Source: Marsupella aquatica (taxonomy: Eukaryota; Plantae; Marchantiophyta). Taken from it: a stretch of 64,000 bases of DNA. The DNA is taken from positions 12,159,929 through 12,223,928 of the forward strand of contig OZ316895.1 in assembly GCA_973895155.1 (NCBI GenBank), given 5' to 3'. The translations under genes were made by a program, and so were the position numbers. Position 1 is the stretch's first letter. Each line of letters opens with the position of its first letter. Below the pieces are notes generated by a model that saw only the letters and a program-made list of their open reading frames with translations, had not been told where the DNA came from and did no database searches. Below are positions 27,310 through 39,400 of this stretch, in pieces.

Positions 27310-29241
27310 AGCACTAGAAGGAGAAAGATTTACCAAATAAGTTGCGGTATTGATAGCTTTTGCCCAAAATTCCTGTGGTAAACCTGATTGGCTCAACATA
27401 CTCTGTGACCGCTCCAATAGTGTTTGATTGAGCCTCTTAGCGACACCATTATATTGCGGAGTATAAATTGTGGTGAGATGGCGAGTTATCCCCTGTTCTG
27501 AATAGTACTATTCAAAATCCACTAAAGTGTACTCCCCGCCGTTGTCTAACCTCAAATTCTTCACCCTTGTATCCAAACACTTGAGCGTGTTTCTAGTCTA
27601 ATTCTCCACCTGGGCTTCCCACTTCTTGAAAATGGACAAGACATCAAAATTATATGTCATAAAATAAATCCACACAAATCTTGAGTAATCGTCAATAAAT
27701 GATACATAGTACAACTTTCCAGAGTGTGAGGGAGTCAGGGATGGACCCCACACGTCACTATGTATGTACTCAACAACCGCTTTGGAATGATGAGTTCTAA
27801 CACCGAAAGCACGACGATGCTACTTTCCAAGAATGCAATGCTCACAGAACTCTAATTTACAAGATTGCAAATAAAAAATGAGTCCATTCTTCCGTAAGAT
27901 AGCCAAACCCTTCTCACTCATGTGACCTAGCCGTGAATGCCACAGTTGAGTCATCTCCTCGTGAGACTTGGTTACATTGGCCTCTCCACATACAATATTG
28001 CCCTATAATACATACAAATTCTTTTGTCTTCTCCCCTTCAAAATCACTATCTCTCCCGACCTGACTTGAAGTTCACCATCAATAATGCACCATTGATGAC
28101 CATTTGAATCCAACACACCGAGTGAAATCAGATTCTTACGCATGCCAGGTACATACCTGACTCCAAACACTGTGCGCACAGTGCCATCAAACATTTGAAT
28201 CTTCATAGACCCAATTTCCTCAATTTGGCAGGAGTGATCATTTCCCATCAGAATTGAACCATTTGAAACAGAGTAAGAACTGAAAAACTCACAAATGTAA
28301 CAAATATGAAAAGAGCAAGCACAATCAAGAATCCACACATCATCTACTCTCCTAGATGATGTGCACAGGGCATACCCCCGGCTTCATAAAATATACTCAT
28401 CATTGAGTAAATCAGCTTCTCCATCAGCCCTAGCCACACTTGCCGATGAAGATTCCGCTGCTTTTCCCTTACAGTCTCCCTTGAAGTGTCCAACTTGGTT
28501 GCCCTTCCAACATGTTACCTGCCTCCTCTGAGTAGATTTACCCCTGGACTTCGATCTGGATTTAGATCTAAACTGGGTTCTACGGTCCCCAGTTGGTCGC
28601 TGCATACTCCTCCCATGGTTAACATTGAGGGAAGCACCAGATAATGAAGGCTGTGATGTGATGTGCATCTTCTACTGAAGATCATCACTAAACAGAGAAC
28701 TTACTACGTCATTGTATGAAATGGTATCCCTATCATGATGCAACAACACCCATGATAGGGACTGGTAAGATGGAGGCAATAAACTGAGAAGCTGCAGAGC
28801 CTTCATCTCATCGTTCAAAGTCTCCCCAAGGTTTTCCAAGTCAACGACCATGTCGTTGAAAGCATCCACATGGTCTTGCAACTTCGTACCGGATTCCTTC
28901 ATCCTGAAACTCATCAGTTTGTAGGAAGTGTAGAGCCAGTTCGATAACTCCTTGCGGTGATACTTGCTCTGCAATTCTGTAAACAAGGACATGCAATCCT
29001 TATGTGCACCCAACTGCTTGATGATGGGAGGCATGAGATAGAGTGTAACACACCACACTCCTTGCTCATGCATGTGGTCCCATTGTTTCTCATCAACATC
29101 GTCTTCATGAGGGCTCAGTAGTTGGCCCATCCCTGACGCATAAAGCACTCCCTTCACCTGCTTTTCCCATAGCAAGTAGTCAGAGCGTCCATCATACTTT
29201 GTCACTTCATACTTGGGTCCCCCAAGCTTGAAAGTCCCCAT
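27310..29241 (-). pseudogene. Copia gag-pol fragment (gag, zinc knuckle, protease, integrase)
   Basis: KYEVTKYDGRSDYLLWEKQVKGVL (gag N-term), degenerate knuckle CWKGNQVGHFKGDC, protease WILDCACSFH, LWHSRLGHMSEKG, integrase YIHSDVWGP; multiple stops and frameshifts. Confidence 0.9.
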
Positions 29242-30911
29242 CTTCTTCTTTGGCACTACCGTGAGCTCCGGTAGTAGTACTGCTTCCTCCACCACACGCC
29301 GCACCGGTGATGGTACCGGTGTCACATGCTCTTCCTCTTGCTCCTCTCTCTGCCCCTCAAACCGCCACGGTGATCCTCATGCTTCAAGTTCCACGTCTTC
29401 AAAAAACTCCTCTGAATCACTCATATGAGAAAATCACAAAAAATGTTGTGTTTCACAACTTCTCAAAAAACTTGAAACTCAACACCGTCGCGTAGCCCAC
29501 GAAGCTAGGAGTCCAATACTGAAAACCAAAATCAAAATCAAAATTTGACGGAAAAGTTATTCAAATTTTGGTTTGGGTGGTTAAAACCTTGGGAAACTCC
29601 CCCGTTTTGACCACCTCAGGGAATAACCAAAATACCAAGTACAACCCATCATCGAATCGCGATGTGATCGGTGCGCCGCCTTGCCAACTTCAATGGCTAC
29701 AACCTCGCCAAAAAAGAACCAAAAAAGTTACTGTTTGACGGACAAAATCTTTGTCGAATGGTCGAAAAACAGCTCTTTATTTTTTGAGAATATTCCTGCA
29801 CAATCCGACAGGTCTCACAGGGGGCCGTGTCTAAGTGGTTAAAATGGAGGCTCACAGGGCCCGGGATGCGGCACAACCAATGAGGAGGAGGAGAGAAAAC
29901 AAATTTAGAAAAAAACACTTTAAAGGGGTCTTAAAGCCCCTCAAAAAGGCGCACCTATTTGCGGCCACGCACGCGTATTCGCGACCAGAATTGTGTATAA
30001 ACTACAAAAAACATGAAAAAAACGGGGTTTAAAGGGGTCAAGGCGCGCGTATTTTTGCGTATTCCTTATAAGGGCATTTTGGGCCATATTTTCACCAGAA
30101 AAAACACATTTTTGCGCTTAAAGGGGTGTGGGAGGCTGGGGCGCGTTCGGGGCGTATGGCGAAGTAGGTTTGTCGGGATTTGAAGATATACAGGCCGTAC
30201 GGGGGCAAAAAAATGCCCTAAACTAAGCTTAAAATGTGCCAAAAATGACACAAAGGTCGTGTTACAAACCTCAGTTGCCTCCGCTTCGGTTTCCAATGAG
30301 AAAAGTGATGACCGCCGACATGAAAATATTGCCGAATTGCACCGGCACGTCTGCAGCTCCACTAGAGAAAAAAAAACTTGCGTAGTGTCTTACTCTCTCC
30401 GTGTCAAGAGCCAATCCCGGACTTAAAACGATTGCCTCACCACGATCTCTCCATTGAGCCTCAGCACTTTGCGTTTTTTCCTCCGAGTTAAGCGTCACGA
30501 CGAGTAATCCGGTTCAGGGAAAAACAAGCACCATAGCTTGTCAAAAAACCAGAACTCAACTTTCACTCGTCACGACGCACTCGCTCCACAAACGCCAGCA
30601 AACCAGGTACCAATACGACCAGCTCGCTATAACATGTGATGCCTCCCGCACAGCTCACACCATTGAAAAAACATCTCTGGTCTCTCCCCCGAAATACCGT
30701 CAAACACGAATAAATCATGAATGACGCAAACTCTGATTCCTCCACACAACGGATACCAAGCAGCAAGTTCTATACATCGATAGAAAGCCCTCTCACTAAT
30801 CTATCCGCTCAATCACACACATTCGAGTTTCATGCGATAAAACTTTGAATGCATCACCGACAATGAACGTTGGAAAACCGTCATGAAAAAACCTCGTCAC
30901 CTCTCAGGCAT

Positions 30912-30923
30912 GCTCTGATACCA
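30912..30923 (-). promoter_or_regulatory. Primer-binding site for tRNA-iMet
   Basis: Minus strand reads ...CA-AT-TGGTATCAGAGC, complementary to the 3' end of tRNA-iMet (gene at 6402-6473). Confidence 0.9.
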
Positions 30924-30960
30924 ATTGTTGAGCATAGACGACATTTGTATAGGCAAGCCC

Positions 30961-33649
30961 ATGAACCATCCAATGCACAAGAGTCAACACAGAGAGATAC
31001 GTGGTTCACCTCCACGTAACACTAGGGAGGACGAGAGAGAGAGTCTAGTGGAAGCCCTATCACCAAGACAAAAGGAGAAGAGCCTAAGGAGGGAGGCTTG
31101 GGCTGCAGAACGACAGAGAATTCAGGAGGAACAAAAGAAGGCAGAGGATAGGGCCAAGAGGCCAAAATTGTTTTTGAATGAAGGAGGTGCTCCACTCTCC
31201 AAGAGTTATCGTTTGTTTGGGAGTCAAGTTAGGCAAATTGTGAGGTCTCATTTTGGCCCGATGGACTACTAGGGGAAGAAGAAGCACGATGAGAGATTTC
31301 AAATTTGAGAGAAAATCAAAGAGAGATTTTCGAATGGGTCGTTTGTGGACGATCAATTCTCAAACAAAAAGATCTTAGTCTCACTTGCAGACATGCAAAA
31401 TCATGTATGAGAGAAGATGCAAAAGTACCTGGCTGAATGCAAATTGGATGAGGAGGTGATCAGGAAAGGTGGAAACCCAGCTGGTGAGATTCCTGAGGAT
31501 GCTTGGTGTGCTTGGCTTGAAGAAGAGTTGTAGGTTCGAGCTTAGCAAGCCACACAATGCTGGGAAGCTGAAATTCAAGCAACTCAGAAGAAGATTAAAC
31601 AAGGAGAGATGGTGAATACTGCACCCATGTATCAAGAACTTGAAGAATGGTCAGCAAAATCAGCCCTGCTTGGAGACCCACCATCTTGGCTAATGAAAGC
31701 TCTGCTGAGAGTAACAAAGAGGCCAAAGGTTACTCACAGAATGCGGCAAGGCGGATCATAGCGTCTCAAGGCCGATTTTGTAAGTGCTTCACTCCCCTCC
31801 TCTCCATGCATTCCTTCAGCAGCAGTCCTCCTCCCTAATCACCTGAGGCCAATTGACGAATGCCTAACCCTTCCAAAACTGTGATAGGTCTTTGTATGCC
31901 CGTAGGTCGATTGCTCAATCGCTCGATCACGCCTTAGTTTTTTTTTGCTTTCGGCATGTAAGGTCCGATTCTCGTCTGATCCTTTAAGTATCGGAACTGT
32001 CGAGGGTACCAATTCTACTAGTATCGAATAAATTCAAATTTTTGAATAGTTTGTGCATGAACGGCTAAGTGTTCTTATGGGTCTTTGACGGTGAAGGGTT
32101 TAGGTGTTTAATTAGGCCAGGGTAGGGTTGCTATAATTGACCTTAGTATTGGGGGTGGCATATGGTTTGGGTGTGTAGGAGAAGGAGCACGGACGACCAT
32201 TGTTGTCGGCAGAGAGAGAGCTGGCAAAGGAGCATGGTGCTCGGGCGTTGAAGATTCACATGGACAACATGTTGGCCTTGGTTAGTGCGGATATTAGAAT
32301 GATTTGAAAGATGGCTTCATGTTGGTACGTATGTTGCGGAATGACATATGGATTGGAGATTGTTACTATGTGCAGGATGAGTCAGGGGGTGAGGAGGACT
32401 TGGAGAGTGAGGAGGATGGTGAGGGGGAGGAGGACGAGAAGGATGCGGAGGACGATAGTGCTTTGGAGGGGAGTGTGGCCAAGGCTATCGTACAAGGTTC
32501 TACTGGTGCGCATGGCCGGTCAGGACCTCGAGAGAGTGGACGTCACCAGTCTGGTCGGGGTGTAGGTGACTCCACTCGCCAGATGGAGCGTAGAGCAGGT
32601 GATATGCCTCCTTCTCATCATAGATTAGCCGGTAGGAGTGGACGGAGTGAGTCCCGGGTTCCAGCCACAGTAGGTCAGCACCAAGGGGTTCGTAGTGAGT
32701 CCGGAGTTCACGCCATAGCAGGTGGTTGAGTGAGGACTGGCCCTGGTGTTGTACCAGGTGGGTCTCGACAGGGGGCTGGGTTCATACTGGTCATGTCGTT
32801 GGCCAGTCAGGAGGTTCCGACCGTAGTGGTGGAGGTGAGTCTCGCCCTGAGGGGGGTAGTGGTGATGGCCCTGGTAGTGTACCAGCTGGTTCACGACAGT
32901 CTGGGGGAGGCCTTGGTGGTCATGTGCCCACACCATCTCCTGTTCATAGTGGTGGTGTATGCATCCAGTGGAGGTTCCGGCCGTAGTGGTGGAGGTGAGT
33001 CTCGCCCTGAGGGGGGTAGTGGTGGAGTTGCTGCACCTCGTCAGTTTAGGGCTGGCACTGGTAGTGTACCAACTGGTTCGCGACAGTCCGGGGGAGGCCT
33101 TGGTGGTCATGTGCCCACACCATCTCCTATTCATAGTGGTGGTGTAGGCATCCAGTCTGGAGGTTTCGGTCGTAGTGGTGGAGGTGAGTCTCGCCCTGAG
33201 GGGGGTAGTGGTGGAGTTGCTGCACCTCGTCAGTTTAGAGCTAGCCCTGGTAGTGTACCAGCTGGTTCGCGACAGTCCAAGGGGGGCCTTGGTGGTCATG
33301 TGCCCACACCATCTCCTATTCATAGTGGTGGTGTAGGCAGTCGGGAGGTTCCCGTCATAGTGGTGAAGGTGAGACTCGGCCTGAGGGGGGTAGTGGTGGT
33401 GGTGCTGGAGGGGCTTCTTTCCACACTTGTGTCGAGGAAGGAGTGCCTTCCCATGGTTCAGGCGCATTTGGAGGTGGGGGAGTACCAGAGATTGCTTCTG
33501 CACCTCATCCACATGACGATGGAGGCAGATCAGGTAGCCACGACCATGATGTGCTACCTAGTGTGTCAGCGGTAGAGACTCATAGAGCAGAGCAACCTAG
33601 TCGTTCCCGTGTGAAGAAGAGGAAGACGCGACATAGCTTGTATGGATAG
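30961..33649 (+). pseudogene. CACTA TnpA/Ptta (Transposase_24-like) pseudogene with acidic and Gly/Ser-rich tail
   Basis: GAPLSKSYRLFGSQVRQIVR...PAGEIPEDAWCAWL; downstream exon EKEHGRPL...; acidic stretch EEDLESEEDGEGEED; internal stops. Confidence 0.55.
32810..33410 (+). repeat. Four tandem ~160-190 bp repeats encoding GRSGGGESRPEGGSGG...GGHVPTPSPIH
   Basis: GGAGGTT.CG..CGTAGTGGTGGAGGTGAGTCTCGCCCTGAGGGGGGTAGTGGTG at ~32810, 32970, 33159 and a degenerate copy at 33344. Confidence 0.85.
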
Positions 33650-34811
33650 TGGACTAGGTAAACATATATAGATCTAGTACCAGGCTAGCGAGGTGGATAG
33701 TTGGAGGGCATTATGTCCATTTGATATGCCCAGCCTTTAGCACAGCTGGCACTATGCATGGAGATGTTCTCCATTTTTTGTACTTTTGTCCTGGATATTT
33801 CATTTTTGTATATAAGATGTAGTTACGCCGTGTCATGCCCGGGTTTCAAGGTACATAGTGTGCAATCAAAATTGATAGTCTCTAATCCATCAACTAAATG
33901 CCCTCTCTAAACTCTAAATAAAAACTCAGTTAAAGAATTAAATTGCACCCCAATTAAACCCCAAATTAGGCCCCCATTTAAAATCAGCCCAATCAAGCTC
34001 GCTTAATAGTTTCCGGTAGATACCGATCCATATCCGATGCCACAATCATCGTACTTTTCCATCCCCAAAGTATCACAAAGTCCAATTTTACTATCATCGC
34101 AATTTCCGTTCCAAAAACAATCGGACATTTGCAATCTCAAACAAATCAGGCATTTCCATGTCGAGACCATCGGTCTAGAATTGGATGCCTCCGCTAACAA
34201 AAAATGCGTGGAACAGACATCCGATTAAACGGGCATCGGACATAGTATTTCTCGACATTTTAAAGTACGGAACTCTCGAATGTTTAAGTATCGGTAGTTC
34301 CGATTGGTTTCCGATTGTCGTTTTCCGATACAAATTACATCACAAAATGTGATTCTGGTATTGGACAAGTGAGATTTCCACGTCACACTAGAAGAAAATA
34401 GGGCCCTTTATGACCAATCACCCAATGACGGAGATGAATAAATGACCAAAATTTCTAATGACACAAAAAGAATGACAGGGGAATGACTGTCCACAATGAC
34501 CAATAGACTGAAATGACAAAATGTTAATTTTTGCGTCATTTTGTATAATGTCTGTAATGACTGATGCGACCAAAATGACCCAATTTCCCTAAATGGTCAA
34601 TTTAGATACATGTCCTAAATGACGCAATTAATAACAACAATGATAAATCAGTGTTTAGCAACATTATAGTCACTCTGGACAATGATTAAAATGACCAAAA
34701 ATCTATTTGGGTCATTTTGGACAACGGTGATAAATGACAAAAAATGTATTACCGTCATTTTAACCAACGGTGTTAAATGACTAAATATAGGGTCAATTTG
34801 AAAATAAAAAT

Positions 34812-35380
34812 ATATCAGTGTTTACAACAACATATTGTCAATATGGACTTCTCCTATAAATGACTAACTCTAGGGTCAATCTTGAAATTAGGACATATCA
34901 GTGTTTACAACAACATATTGTCATTATGGACTTCTCTTATAAATGACTAACTCTAGGGTCAATCTTGAAATTAGAATATATCAGTGTTTACAACAACATA
35001 TTGTCATTATGGACTTCTCCTATAAATGACTAACTCTAGGGTCAATCTTGAAATTAGGACATATCAGTGTTTACAAGAACATACTGTCATTATGGACTTC
35101 TCTCATAAATGACTAACTCTAGGGTCAATCTTAAAATTAGGACATATCAGTGTTTACAAGAACATACCGTCATTATGGACTTCTCTCATAAATGACTAAC
35201 TCCATAGTCAATCTTGAAATTATGATATATCGGTGTTTACAACAACATACTGTCATTATGGACTTGTCGCATAAATGACTAAATATAGGGTCAATCTAAA
35301 AATCACGATATATCAATGTTTACAATAACATACAGTCATTATGGACTTATTGCATAAATGACTACTTATAGAGTCATTGA
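34812..35380. repeat. Tandem array, 7 x 83 bp
   Basis: Unit ATATCAGTGTTTACAACAACATATTGTCATTATGGACTTCTCCTATAAATGACTAACTCTAGGGTCAATCTTGAAATTAGGAC starts at 34812, 34895, 34978, 35061, 35144, 35227 and 35310. Confidence 0.95.
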
Positions 35381-35419
35381 AGAACCCAAGAGATATGAAG
35401 ATTAAAATACTCAATAGTC

Positions 35420-38400
35420 ATTCCAGACACCAGTCATAATTGTAGAGTCATTGATATAGTGGATAACCCTTCCACTAAGTGCGGGACACAATACTCATCA
35501 TTGTCCTCCCACTGGTTGCGGCATTAGCAATTTGAACACATGTCTTGCATTTACTTTAGGCATGATGCACCTAGCTTTGGGGAAATCACTCCCAAGTCAT
35601 ACACCTTTGGAGTGATTTTCCAGAAGTGTCACCATATATAGATGCGCGCATACTATTGAATCCAAAGGCAAATGAAACCTTTTTGTCTCTCCAAGAAGTA
35701 GGGCAATACCAATGGAAGGTTGTCATCCTTTGTTGTAATTGTGTCATGTTTGTGCCGGTGTTTGGATGGGGAATATTTTAATTTGCAAATAAATAGTGAT
35801 GGGGCATTCAAGGAGCTAGTGTAATCTTTATTGGGTCATTTCTAAAAACATTTGCATCACAAATACCAATGACTACAAGTAGGGTCATTAAATATGTCAT
35901 ATGGACTGTCATATAAGTCAAGTGACTAGACTTGTGGTCATTTGTGTGGTCCCTCATGCAGTCATTAAGCAGAAGCACAAATGACCAGTTTGGGGCTAGG
36001 GGCTGCAGGTGGGCCCTAGAGTGCCATGGGGCCCCACATAGAGGTGAGAACCCATCCACTAGGTGCGGGACACTATACTCATCATTGTCCAACCACTAGT
36101 TGCGACATAAACACTTTGGACACATATTTTTGCGTTTAAGGCATGATGCACCTTTGGGGAAATCACTCCCAAGTCGTACGACTTTGGAGTGATTTGCCAA
36201 AAGTGTCACCACGGATGCATACCGTCACATCCAAAGGCAAATAAAAGTTGTTTTTTGGTTCTCCAAGAGGTAGTGCTACACCAATGGAATGGGCAGGGGA
36301 GTTGTGCTTCTCAGTATGGTGTGGGTGCGGAATTAGGGATGAGGAATATTCCAATCTTGCAAGGAATCTAAAGTTTGCTCTCTTTGGAGGTACTAGGGCC
36401 TTTATTGGGTCATATGTGAGCAATGGCCCGTCATAAATACCAATGACTAAAAGTAGGGTCATTAAAACTGTCATATGGAGAGTCATATCAGTCTAATGAC
36501 TGGATTTGTGGTCATTTGAGGGGTCCCTCATGCAGTCATTAAGGAGAAGCACAAATGACCAGTTTGGGGCTAGGGGCTTGAGGTGGGCCCTAGAGTGCCA
36601 TGGGGCCCCACATAGAGGTGAGAACCCCTCCACTAGGTGCGAGACACTATACTCATCATTGTCCAACCACTAGTTGCGACATAAACACTTTGGACACATG
36701 TTTTTGTGTTTACTTAAGGCATGATGCACCTTTGGGGAAATCACTCCCAAGTCGTACGACTTTGGAGTGATTTGCCAAAAGTGTCACCATGGATGCATAC
36801 CGTCACATCCAAAGGCAAAAAAAAGTTGTTTTTGGGTTCTCCAAGAGGTAGTGCTGCACCAATGGAATGGGCAGGGGAGTCATGCGTCCCTCTATGATGT
36901 GTGTAATGTTTAAAGGTATACGAATATTCCATTTTTTCAAGGAATGTACAGGGGGCTCTCTCTGGCGGTACTAGGACCTTCATTGGGTCATTTTTTAACA
37001 AAGTCATGTCATAAGTGCCAATGACCTCAAGTAGGGTCATTGAAATGGTCATATGGGATGTCATATAATTCAAATGACTAGACTTGTTGTCATTTGAGGG
37101 GGTCTCTAGTGCAGTCATTGAAGACAAGCATGAATGACCAATTTGGAGCTAAGGGCTGGAGGTGGGCCCTAGAGTGCCATGTGGCCCCACATAGAGCTCG
37201 CAACCCCTCCACTAGGTGTCAAATGCTATATTTACTATTCTCCAACCACTAGTTGCACCATTAGTAGTTTGGAGCCATGTTTTTGTGTTTATTTAAGGGA
37301 TGATATAATGTTGGGGAAATCACTGCCAAGTCATACGACTTTGGAGTGATTTGCCAAAAGTGTCACCATTGATGCATACCATCCTATCTAAAAGGAAATG
37401 AAGCCATTTTTTTTGTCTCTGCAAGAAGTAGTGCCAGGCTGTCGTCCTTCCATGTAATTGTGTCATGTTTGTGCCTGTGCTTGGATGGGGAATATTCTAT
37501 TTTGCAAATGAATAGTGACGGGGCACTCAAGGAGGTAGTGTAATCTTCATTGAGTCATTTCTGAAAACATTGGTGTCATACGTACCAATGACTACAAGTA
37601 GGGTCATTAAATCTGTCATATGGGCTGTCACATAAGTCAAATGACTGGATTTGTGGTCATTTGAGGGGTCCCTTGTGCAGTCATTAAGCAGAAGCACAAA
37701 TGACCAGTTTGGGGCTAGGGGCTTGAGGTGGGCCCTAGAGTGCCATGGGGCCCCACATAGAGGTGAGAACCCCTCCACTAGGTGCGGGACACTATACTCA
37801 TCATTGTCCAACCACTAGTTGTGCCATGAACACTTTGGATACATGTTTTTGCGTTTACTTAAGGCATGATACACCTTTGGGGAAATCACTCCCAAGTCAT
37901 ATGACTTTGGAGTGATTTGCTAAAAGTGTCTCCATGGATGCATACCATAGGTGCCGAAGGCAAAAGAAGCCCTTTTTTGTCTCTCCAAGAAGTAGTGCAA
38001 CACCAATGGAAGGTTGTCATCCTGTGATATAATTGTGCCATGTTGGTGCCGGTGTTTTGATGGGGAATACTCCATTTTGCATATGAATAGTGTCGGGGCA
38101 TTGTGAGTAGGTGTTGTAATCTTCATTGGGTCATTTTGGAGGAATAGTGTGTCATTAATGCCAAAGACTGCAGTAAGGGTCATTTTTGCAGTCATTTTGG
38201 AAGTCATTTGTGCACAATGACTGCATATGGGGTCATTATAGAGGTCCCTCATGGTGTCATTATGGACCATCAGAAATGATCCTTTTGAGTCTAGGAGCTT
38301 AGGGTGGCCCTAGTGTGCCATGGGGCCCTACATGAAGGTGACAACCTCTCCACTAGGTGCGGGGTACTATACTCACTATTCTCCAACCACTAGTTGCACC

Positions 38401-39400
38401 ATGAACACTTTGGAGCCATGTTTTTGCATTTTGTTAAGGCATGATGGAACCTTGGGGAAATCACTCCCAAGGCATACGGCTTTGGAGTGATTTGCCAAAA
38501 GTGTCACCATAGATATATACCACCACATTCAAAGTTAAATAATAGTTGTTTTCTTGTTCTCTAAGAGTAAGCGCAAAACCACTGGAAGGTTGTTGTCCTT
38601 CAATTTAACTATGTCATGTTTGTGCTGGCGTTTGGGTGAGGAATATTCTATTAAATTGCTAAGGATTTGCCATGGGCCACTCCGATAGGTAGTGTAATCT
38701 TCACTGGGTCATTTTGGAGTAAGGGTGTGTCATTAAAGCCAATGACTACCATATGTGTCATTTTGACAGTCATATTGACAGTCATTTGGACCAAATAACT
38801 GCATAGCTGGTCATTACAGAGGTCCCTCGTGGTGTCATTATGGACCAACCTAAATGACCAGTTTGGGGATAAGGGCTGGAAGTGGGCCCTAGACTGGGGC
38901 CATACATGGAGCTGGCAACCTTTCCAATAGGTGCAGGACACTATACTTACTATTCTCCAACCACTAGTTGCACCATGAGCACTTTGGAGTCATGTTTTCG
39001 CAATTACTAAAGGGATGATGCAACCTTGGGGAAATCACTCCCAAGTCATACAACTTTGGAGTGACTTGCCAAAAGTGTCACCATCACGCATTGTTGTATT
39101 CTATCCAAAGGCAAAGAAATATTGTTTTTGTCTCTCCAAGAGGTATATAGTGCAATACTAGTGGAAGGCTATCGTCCTTCTATATATGTATGTCATGTTT
39201 TTGCCGATATTTGGATTTAGGGTATTTTCTATTAAATTGCAAAGGACATGTAAGGGGGCACTCCTAGAGGTAGTGTAATCTTCATTGGGTCATTTTGGAA
39301 CAATGGTGTGTCATTAATTCAAACACCTCAAATTAGGGTCATCTTGGCTGTCATACTAGAGGTCAAAAGTACCAAATGACAGGAAATGTGGTCATTCAAA
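35420..39400. repeat. Tandem array, 7 x ~575 bp, each unit with a palindrome
   Basis: Anchor AAATCACT at 35583, 36160, 36738, 37317, 37883, 38458, 39032 (spacings 577, 578, 579, 566, 575, 574). Confidence 0.93.

Larger units (their letters stand above)
27290..30940 (-). mobile_element. Truncated Ty1/copia LTR retrotransposon (5' half)
   Basis: PBS, ~1.7 kb leader, then gag-protease-integrase order; RT/RNaseH and 3' LTR absent; only ~10-15 bp of the 5' LTR end (…GCTCAACA) remains. Confidence 0.88.

Noticed and set aside
32625-33575. Long ORFs 32625-33512 (-) and 32730-33575 (+) as independent genes
   Set aside because: Alternative frames of a low-complexity G-rich tandem repeat with no domain signal.
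35808-38941. Repeated minus-strand ORFs (MDNDEYSVPHL..., ...KSLQSRTTWE)
   Set aside because: By-products of the tandem array; frames differ between units and many use non-ATG starts.
34812-39400. CRISPR-like array (regular repeats with palindromes)
   Set aside because: The sequences between palindromes are homologous to each other rather than unique spacers, the context is a eukaryotic TE, and there are no cas genes.
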